From a virus, in IMG/VR virus record IMGVR_UViG_3300037805_000894: a stretch of DNA of 64,000 bases; one strand, given 5' to 3'. Shown one piece after another: positions 29,597 through 37,100 of this stretch. Each line of letters begins with the position of its first letter. The stretch's first letter is position 1. The position numbers and the translations under genes are program-made. The notes beneath the pieces were generated by a model. That model did no database searches, was not told where the DNA came from, and worked only from the letters and a program-made list of their open reading frames with translations.

Positions 29597-29739
29597 TATT
29601 TCTCCTTAGATGACTTTTTAGGGAATAAAAGAAGTTGTTGACCTTCTTTCTTTTTAGTTTTTGATATATCCTCGTTTAACATCTTTGGTAAATACTTTTC
29701 GATAAGAGCACTGATATGTTGGGGGGCGGACTCTTTCAT
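29596..29739 (-). CDS. 47-aa mini-protein with a QLLLF clamp-binding-like motif
   Basis: SD AAAGGAG; MKESAPQHISALIEKYLPKMLNEDISKTKKKEGQQLLLFPKKSSKEK; has its own promoter copy. Confidence 0.65.
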   Translation of the reverse strand: MKESAPQHISALIEKYLPKMLNEDISKTKKKEGQQLLLFPKKSSKEK

Positions 29740-29785
29740 GTTAACTCCTTTGTTAAATGTACGTAAACATTTTGCTTACATTCTT

Positions 29786-29813
29786 TTATGCCTAGTAAAG
29801 CTGTCTTTTTTAG
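29786..29813 (-). promoter_or_regulatory. repeated phage promoter, copy 2
   Basis: CTAAA-N16-GGCATAA. Confidence 0.75.
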
Positions 29814-29814
29814 C

Positions 29815-29973
29815 AAAAAGAAATTTCAATATAATGTGTGTAATTTATCAAAGCGATCAACTTTGTTAAAAGGTTACCTATTTAACTAGGAAGGAGAATA
29901 CCTTAAATTAACAGCCATTACCTTACCAAACTAGTATTTGTAAGTTAATGAAATTTCTACTCATTTCTGAGTA
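29815..29973 (-). ncRNA. putative structured ncRNA A
   Basis: Promoter upstream, 5' hairpin, nested stems closed by AGAAATTTCA/TGAAATTTCT, then a U-run; no credible ORF or SD. Confidence 0.6.
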
Positions 29974-29978
29974 TTAAT

Positions 29979-30006
29979 TTATACCTAGTAAAACTGTATT
30001 TTTTAG
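29979..30006 (-). promoter_or_regulatory. repeated phage promoter, copy 3
   Basis: CTAAA-N16-GGTATAA. Confidence 0.75.
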
Positions 30007-30054
30007 CAAAAAAGAGAGGCCACATAAAATGCAATCTCTCTCAAGGAGCCTCTG

Positions 30055-30417
30055 TTAACGCTTGATGTTAACTACCCCACCTACCTTTGCAAAGGTGTTA
30101 ATAAGCTGTATTTCCAGCTTAGTGCGCTTGCGGCGTTTATACCTTTTATTGGCAGGAATAGGTGGGTTCACCAGCCCTACCGCTTCCGCCATCTTGATAG
30201 ACGTAATGGGAATAGTGTTCCCCTCTGATAAGAGGGTGGCTTCTGTATGAAGCTCCGCATCGGCTAACAAACTCAGCAGCTCCCTGCCTTCAGCAGCCTC
30301 GGCAAGGGTCACCTCGAAGGTACCCTTCTTTAAAGCTTGGTGAATAGCTGTGTAGTGGGAACTACACAACCCTCGTGTCTTGGCTGCTTTACTGCAGCCC
30401 TTAAATTTACATTTCAT
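30055..30417 (-). CDS. hypothetical protein with N-terminal C-x4-C...C-x2-H zinc-binding motif
   Basis: MKCKFKGCSKAAKTRGLCSSHY; basic C-terminus; SD AGGAG. Confidence 0.7.
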   Translation of the reverse strand: MKCKFKGCSKAAKTRGLCSSHYTAIHQALKKGTFEVTLAEAAEGRELLSLLADAELHTEATLLSEGNTIPITSIKMAEAVGLVNPPIPANKRYKRRKRTKLEIQLINTFAKVGGVVNIKR

Positions 30418-30467
30418 GTTGTGTCTCCTAAAAGGAAAAGTATCAGACAGAAGAGCCTGATACTATT

Positions 30468-30495
30468 TTATACCTAGTATATGTATTTTTTTTAA
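30468..30495 (-). promoter_or_regulatory. repeated phage promoter, copy 4
   Basis: TTAAA-N16-GGTATAA. Confidence 0.7.
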
Positions 30496-32321
30496 TGCGT
30501 ATCTGCCCAATTACTGCCTACCTTATACTCACCTGTCATAGGGCAATCTAAGCCTAATATATCAGTAGTATCTTCTATGCATTTCACAGCTATACGTCCT
30601 ACCTCATCGGCAAGATCTTCCCTAGCTTGTATCTGTACTTCATCATGTATATGCCCTACTTGTTGTACCTCTTTAGGTGTCCAGCCTCGTTTGGTGAATT
30701 CGGCGTCCATTAAAACAGTAGCTTGTTTCATGATTACCGCACCAGCTGATTGAAGTAATACATTAAGCGCAGCATGCATAGCTCTAATAGGCAAAGGCCT
30801 ACCATCTAAGCCACGGATATATCCACGACGATTAACAGTAATTTCCACTTCTTTCATAAGCTTCTTTAAGCCTGGTAAAGTTTCAAAGAATTTCTTTTTA
30901 ATCTTTTTACCATCAACAGCAGTACCTCCCATAATACTACCGATCTTGGCGTCACCTGCGCCATAATTAAGAGCATAGATAAAAGTCTTAGCTTGGTCTC
31001 TAGTGTCAAGACCAGCTGCTTTTTGATTAGCTGTATGAATGTCTCCACCCAATACCTCTTTTACATAAGTACCTTGATCCCATTTATACGTATAATGAGC
31101 TAAGCACCTTAACTCCAAGCCAGAGGCATCACAACCTATTAATTTATAACCCTCAGGCACAACAAAGAGCGATCTGCACTCTTTACCATATGGAGCACGT
31201 ATAGCAGGCACTTGACCCATGTTTGGATTTGAATGGCTACATCTTCCAGTAACTGTACCGTTGTGATTAATACGGCCATAAATACGCCCATCTTTTACAG
31301 ACTTAAGCCATGCTTTTGCGCCATCAGCTAACTGCCCTAAACGTTTAGTAATCATTAGGTATTCTCTGAATAAAGCTACTTCAGGATAATCTAAGTCTTT
31401 AAGAGTCTCCTCATCAATCTTAGGCTTACCTGTTGCTGTTTTTTCAGTAGGCTTCCAATTGTATTTCGCCATTAAAACAGCGGCTACTTGATCTCGGCTA
31501 CCTGGATTAAAAGGTGCTGTCTTGGCTTTAAAAGGACCTGGTTTTAAACTACCTCTAATGCTCTTAGGAGCAGAGCCTTTGTTAGTATATCTAGTATCGA
31601 AGAAGCCTTGATCGTCTAACCAATATTCGGGCGTTTTAAGATAAGTTACTATAGGAGGAAAGCTCTCCTCCAAGTTATATTGAATATCCTTTTTCTTTCG
31701 CAATAAAACTTGATGTAGTTCTTGGGCTGCCTCCCAATCGAAATGCCACCCATGGGCCATTTGTTTTTCCAAGACCCTAAAAAAGGCATGCTCTAACTGA
31801 CAAGCTTGTTCCGGTATATCCCTTAGGTGTTCCCAAAGCTTTAGATTAACTATCGTATCCTGTACGCAATACAAACCCATTTCTTCTGAGTAATTAGTCC
31901 AATCACTATTTTTACCAAAGTCACCTTTAGCCTCATCTAAACGATGGCCCCATGCTTCTAAACCGTGTCGTCCCCATAACTTAGAAGGAATACGCCTTTC
32001 CTCTTCGTCCTCATTAAATACATCACTATGCTCTACACGAGCCATAATCAAAGTATCTCTCACAAGACCCTTAGGCCTCCACTCAGGATAAATCTTTTGA
32101 ATAGCTGGTATATCAAAATTAATAATATTATGTCCTACTATAGTATGAGCATTAGCTACGATATCTAAACCTTCTTCGATTCTATCAGGACCGAAGAGCT
32201 CAGATTCGCCATTTTCTAATACCACAGCAATACAATGTACCTTAGTCATTGAGGGTATGAGTCCATCGCTTTCAATATCGAAAACAAGGGTTTTATCTTT
32301 TACATTTTCAAGCGTAATCAT
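30492..32321 (-). CDS. polA: family A DNA polymerase, T7 gp5-like, with 3'-5' exonuclease
   Basis: FDIESDG, GHNIINFD, YCVQD (Exo I-III); DASGLELR, RDQAKTFIYALNYG, HDEVQ (A-C). Likely start is ATG 32321, 6 nt after TATAAT. Confidence 0.95.
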   Translation of the reverse strand: MITLENVKDKTLVFDIESDGLIPSMTKVHCIAVVLENGESELFGPDRIEEGLDIVANAHTIVGHNIINFDIPAIQKIYPEWRPKGLVRDTLIMARVEHSDVFNEDEEERRIPSKLWGRHGLEAWGHRLDEAKGDFGKNSDWTNYSEEMGLYCVQDTIVNLKLWEHLRDIPEQACQLEHAFFRVLEKQMAHGWHFDWEAAQELHQVLLRKKKDIQYNLEESFPPIVTYLKTPEYWLDDQGFFDTRYTNKGSAPKSIRGSLKPGPFKAKTAPFNPGSRDQVAAVLMAKYNWKPTEKTATGKPKIDEETLKDLDYPEVALFREYLMITKRLGQLADGAKAWLKSVKDGRIYGRINHNGTVTGRCSHSNPNMGQVPAIRAPYGKECRSLFVVPEGYKLIGCDASGLELRCLAHYTYKWDQGTYVKEVLGGDIHTANQKAAGLDTRDQAKTFIYALNYGAGDAKIGSIMGGTAVDGKKIKKKFFETLPGLKKLMKEVEITVNRRGYIRGLDGRPLPIRAMHAALNVLLQSAGAVIMKQATVLMDAEFTKRGWTPKEVQQVGHIHDEVQIQAREDLADEVGRIAVKCIEDTTDILGLDCPMTGEYKVGSNWADTH

Positions 32322-32384
32322 TAAAGTATTATACCCACTTAAAGGCAAAAAAATAGAGAGAAGTATTAACCTCTCCCTAGTGAA

Positions 32385-32960
32385 CTAAGCTTCTGCTAGT
32401 TCTTTATCACGTTTAAAATCCTTCTGCAGTTTAAACTCTTTGTATACATCAGGGTCTATAAGTAACCGTCTTCTATTAAAGTATGTCTTAACGGCTTGAT
32501 CGCGGCACTCGCAATATGAGCCGTAGGAAATACCTAGCTCATCCATCAGCCTCTGCATTTCATCATCGTCTAACTCCTCGAAAGCTCCTCGCATTAGCTG
32601 CTTATAAGCGAAGTTAGGATGCATGTTTATTATATTCGCTAATACATTTAAAGCTTCTGTATCGTTTGTCATGAAATTTAAAACCGTCATCATTACTAGC
32701 CCTTCGGCCTCGAAATCTGATTTAATTAAATAGTAGATGTTCTCGCCACCTACTGTTCTATTTTTTTCGCATTTATCAAGTAAATGATTAACGCGTTTTG
32801 TTAATTGTGCTGTTTGCATTTTATTAAAAGAAAAGGGTAAAAGAGCCAGAGGTTTTAAGTCCCTCTGGCAAGACTCTTGATTTTTTTTACTAAAGGAGGT
32901 AAAGTAGGAGAGAGAATCTCCCTCAATTTTAATGAAAAAGCTATCAAGATCTTTCATCAT
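32385..32960 (-). CDS. hypothetical protein
   Basis: 191-aa ORF. Confidence 0.6.
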   Translation of the reverse strand: MMKDLDSFFIKIEGDSLSYFTSFSKKNQESCQRDLKPLALLPFSFNKMQTAQLTKRVNHLLDKCEKNRTVGGENIYYLIKSDFEAEGLVMMTVLNFMTNDTEALNVLANIINMHPNFAYKQLMRGAFEELDDDEMQRLMDELGISYGSYCECRDQAVKTYFNRRRLLIDPDVYKEFKLQKDFKRDKELAEA

Positions 32961-32989
32961 TAAAATAAAAACTACTTTGAGGCGAGGGG

Positions 32990-33136
32990 AAAAAGATTAG
33001 TAGTATGTCCAACAATGCTGAGTACAGCATTAGATTATCAAACGCTATTCATAGGCATTATGTTTAATCTTGTCAGGAATATTAAGCATTGCTGACGTAA
33101 CCACTAATCTTTACAGGCATGTTGCTTGTGCAACCT
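32990..33136 (-). ncRNA. putative structured ncRNA B (four-way junction)
   Basis: Promoter upstream, 5' hairpin, three internal hairpins closed by a 13-bp stem, then a U-run; G-U pairs work only on the minus strand. Confidence 0.65.
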
Positions 33137-33183
33137 TTATCTGATACTTATTTATACCTATAAAAGTACCTATTTTTTAGTGC
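33137..33183. repeat. 47-bp exact direct repeat, copy 1 (contains promoter copy 5)
   Basis: TTATCTGATACTTATTTATACCTATAAAAGTACCTATTTTTTAGTGC, identical to 34027-34073. Confidence 0.95.
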
Positions 33184-33253
33184 ACCTATCTCTTACACTT
33201 ATATAAAGAGCAGCAGCTAATGCTGCTGGTATGCAGATGAGAAAGAAAGGCAT
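33170..33253 (-). CDS. 27-aa hydrophobic mini-protein MPFFLICIPAALAAALYISVRDRCTKK
   Basis: TAATG coupling to 33253..33474. Confidence 0.4.
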   Translation of the reverse strand: MPFFLICIPAALAAALYISVRDRCTKK

Positions 33254-33474
33254 TATTTGCCCGGGCAGTAAATAACGTAACCCATCCCTAGTTGATCAGA
33301 CTCGTAAGGCACTGGGCTGGCGAAATCCGCCACATTTTCTACCTGAATGGCGGGACATTCTTCTCCCATCATACCTCTACCCGAGTAATGGAATACATCG
33401 TATCCCGCACTCATAGCGGCTATAATAAATTTATGTTGCGGGGAAGACAACGTATCTAAACGAACTTCTGTCAT
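33253..33474 (-). CDS. small phage hypothetical protein
   Basis: YSGRGMMGEECPAI..DQLGMGYVIY; SD AGGAG. Confidence 0.75.
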   Translation of the reverse strand: MTEVRLDTLSSPQHKFIIAAMSAGYDVFHYSGRGMMGEECPAIQVENVADFASPVPYESDQLGMGYVIYCPGK

Positions 33475-33479
33475 TTGAT

Positions 33480-33735
33480 TACTCCTATTTAAGGTTAAAG
33501 AAAAAAACAGGCAGATGAATCATCCTGTTTCGTTGGGGTTAGTTATCTTACCCACCTGACCCAACTATCTCCTTGCAGGAGTAGTTTTATTTAGCTTCCC
33601 CCCATAGGGATCTAAATTTACCTTTTACCTTCATCCAGTAATATACATACTTACATATGTTACATATGCACGGTTTCACCTCCTTTCGGAACGCTCTGAG
33701 CTTAAGATCTGTTTATACTCGCTCAGACGAGTTAT
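33480..33735 (-). promoter_or_regulatory. structured 5' leader or ncRNA C with SD-led minigene and anti-SD
   Basis: GGTATAA box at 33741-33747; about six hairpins; AAAGGAGGTGA-N4-GTG CAT ATG TAA. Confidence 0.55.
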
Positions 33736-33768
33736 CTTTTTTATACCTCTAGAGGTATTTAAAAAAAT

Positions 33769-33802
33769 AGAAGCCCAACATATAATGTTGGGCTTCTTTT
33801 TC
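33769..33802. terminator. bidirectional-type intrinsic terminator
   Basis: AGAAGCCCAACAT-ATA-ATGTTGGGCTTCT flanked by A and T runs. Confidence 0.85.
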
Positions 33803-33985
33803 TTAGGCCTTTGAAGGCACACTCTTGATCTTTTTCTCACACCACTTAACCAGACGGCACGTCCCGTTGACGAGGCCCAAGTATGTGAGCACGGTGATGG
33901 CAACGTAGCCACCGAGTTTCGCAGACTCCTTAATTGAATCCACACGACGAAGAGTAGTAGCAGTAGTAGTAGCAGTAGTATCCAT
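33803..33985 (-). CDS. 60-aa membrane mini-protein
   Basis: SD AAGGAGGT; hydrophobic GGYVAITVLTYLGLV; promoter upstream and terminator downstream. Confidence 0.75.
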   Translation of the reverse strand: MDTTATTTATTLRRVDSIKESAKLGGYVAITVLTYLGLVNGTCRLVKWCEKKIKSVPSKA

Positions 33986-34026
33986 TTTTTGTACCTCCTT
34001 ATAAGTACAAGTGTTGTCAGATGAAA

Positions 34027-34073
34027 TTATCTGATACTTATTTATACCTATAAAAGTACCTATTTTTTAGTGC
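34027..34073. repeat. 47-bp exact direct repeat, copy 2 (contains promoter copy 6)
   Basis: Identical to 33137-33183, 890 bp apart. Confidence 0.95.
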
Positions 34074-34132
34074 TAAACTGATAGAATGTGTCTATTTTAT
34101 TTGTAGCACAAAAAGACATATAATTACTTTTA

Positions 34133-37100
34133 ATGGCTATTCCCAATAAGGCAAAGAAAGGTATCTTTCGAGACACACCTCCTCTAGTTTGGTCCCCAGC
34201 ATTCGGGGGTTTCAAAAATGATACAATTAATATAAGATTAGTATCTAGAAAATTAGCGTTAAATCCTAATGAGATACAGGGAGGTATATATGAAACAGCT
34301 GTAAAGAGTGCTACTATTACTTTAGATGAAACTGTTAACCCCCTTATATCCAATAAACCTTACAAGAAAAGATCTAAGCAAAAAATGCTCAAGGTAGGAG
34401 ATAGTCTTGGCGTAGTAGAGTTTGATAATCTGGTAGAAGTGAACCAAGGACATAAGAAGAAAGATTACACATTTGATGTGTCTAAAGTATTCCATATTAA
34501 GTTAAAGGAAAAGCTATCTACACTAATATTTTTAAAGCACGCAGAACTCGCCGGCGAAACAATTACCCTTCCAGTTATACTAACATTTACTTATCGGGAT
34601 AAAGGAATAGAAATTTTAAAAGGTGCTATCAACATTAAGATCGAGCAGGCTACGACGCAAAGAGGTAAGAATTTTCTTTATGGCGGTATTAGGGAAGCTA
34701 CTACATTAGGTGTTATGGGGTACACAGGCGTGCAGGACAAGACTTTACCCTTAGTAAATATTGAAAACAAGTTGCTGGATACGTATTCATATAGTCCTTT
34801 AGCGTTTTCTCCTTCTTCCACGAATGCGGCTTCATTAAGCTTATATGGTAAAGCATTAGCTCTTCGTAAGTATGATATAGAGCGTAAAGTAAAGCAAACG
34901 ATATCAATACCAGCATACAATATAAAGTTTGGCTCCACTAAAGAAGGCTTATATAAGGTGTCCTACAACAAGGTATCTAAGGTATCTATTACCTTCAATA
35001 AGGGGATCACCTCTATACCTTTATATGGTGCTTTACGTGTTACTGATTTAATGCAAGACTCTACTGGGAATAGCTTTAGGTTAAAAGCTAAGAATATAGC
35101 AAACATAACTAATCCGCAAATAGTAGCATACGCATTCAAGGGTAAAGGGGATGTTTCTAGCATCTTTGATAGCAATATAGCCACGAGCACTATACCGTAT
35201 GAGCAAGTTAGTACTGATGAGCGTATTTATAAGTTCAAGTATACTACCGAATTTAATTCGTTTATTAGCTCATTTCGTGGTTCTGGTTCGCTATATATAG
35301 GCTTTAGCGGAACAGACTTCAAAACAGGTGAATATATTTATTACGCTTCGCCTGATATGTATCTCGAAGTTAATAAAACCTCTAACATACTAAACGTAAG
35401 CGCTTTAGATACACGCTCATTCTTTGAAGATATCACATTAAAAGGCTCAAACTTTTTAGATAACAAGTTACCTAAGTTTGATCAGATTAGAACTGACCTT
35501 ATGTATGTAACGGCTAAAGGCGCTTTAGAGTCTAATGCATATCAAACAGAGATTTTAAACACAGATGATATACATATTATAAATTCAAGCAGGCTCACCT
35601 TTAATCTTGAACCGTCTCAGTTACTTTCCTCTTTTATTAAATCAGGAAAGCGTGTAGCTTTAAGGGTTTCGCTCTTAAAAAATGGACAGTTTCTTGAAAA
35701 TTCAGACGCATTTATAGCTATAGAAGAACCAGCAATCCAACGTAATGTTTTGGCTGGTGCCACAGTCAGAAACGGGTTATTGCAAAAAGAAGGTATCACT
35801 ACGCTTTCCTTTAATTCAGTTAGTAAGGCCTCTCAGGATGGTTCGGTTAGTATTTTACTCTTTAAGCCTGGCACAATACCAAACAACCCCTTAGCTTTAC
35901 CAGTACAAGGTAAATCTTCTTTTACATCTAATAACATAGTTGGTTATATAGATTTAATCAACAGTTCACTAAGAAGCCAAAAGGGTTTATTTCATATAGA
36001 TGGGACAGTTAAACTAACGGGAGACACTGCAGGGCTAGAAACAGTAGATGTTTTATTCTTACATAACACTACGCCTAACGTTGATTTCAAAGGTACATAC
36101 AAGCAATACGTAATAGCTAAGAATCTTAAGCTATCCACTAGCAATACAACGCCTATACAGCCAGTTAGTAGAAACTCTTTGTTCCAATGGACAAAAGGTA
36201 AAAGGGCAGACTTTACCTGTACCACAGATTTCAGTGATGGTGGTCACGCAGCTAACCCTTCTTTTGTGTATACAGCAACAGGGGAGCTAATTGGAGAAGC
36301 TTTCCCTGATGACAACCTAAAGGATATTGAAAGAAATGTACAAGAGTGGCGCTTAGTAGATGAACAACACATTAAAGATTACAAGCAAAGATGGCATGGT
36401 GTAGCTGATGTAGTTATTGAAACGCCTTATCCGATTACACAAGAATATACGACCCAATCAGTAATGATAGGTAGAGAACCTCAAATTATAGGCTTAACGC
36501 CATATGGTGATCGTTATATGGAGATAAATGGTACTGGCTTTTCTTCTGAGAATAAAACACATACACAAGCTGGTTTAGAGAAATGGGAATCATGTGTAAA
36601 TGGTGTCTCCTTTTACAATAAAGTTTCAAAAGATTTGGTTGGCCACGTACCATATACTGATGAGGTCCTCCGTTCAAGTAATGGACATGAGCGATTCCAT
36701 ATAGACGTTGCAGGTATTTATGATTCAAGCTCACCTCAAGACTTATATGCTGTCGTATCTACAGATTACGGCTGTGATTGGGAGACTCTTTCTCTTCATA
36801 CTGCTTCGATTATTCTTAGCACTACTATCAGTGCTACGAAGAGTGTATCGGGACAGATGATAAGTAAAGGTGATACGATAAGTATTGATATCGAAGGCGA
36901 TATTCATACCACACAGTCTTTAACACCTATTACAGTTCTACAAGGAGCCAATACTACAACCATCACAGATAACTCTAAAGTGTATTTAAGATATTCTGAT
37001 GGCGATTACACTACTGCATCTACATTTAATCAACGCGTATATTGTTTAATGCATTCCTTAACTGGGATGTCTGCTGGGTCGCTTACTGTTTCTTTTGACT

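Noticed and set aside
32990-33136. tRNA gene
   Set aside because: No TTC-containing T-loop, D-loop GG or CCA end, and arm lengths are non-canonical
33676-33945. 89-aa minus-strand ORF
   Set aside because: It overlaps the SD-led 60-aa gene in another frame and runs through a terminator
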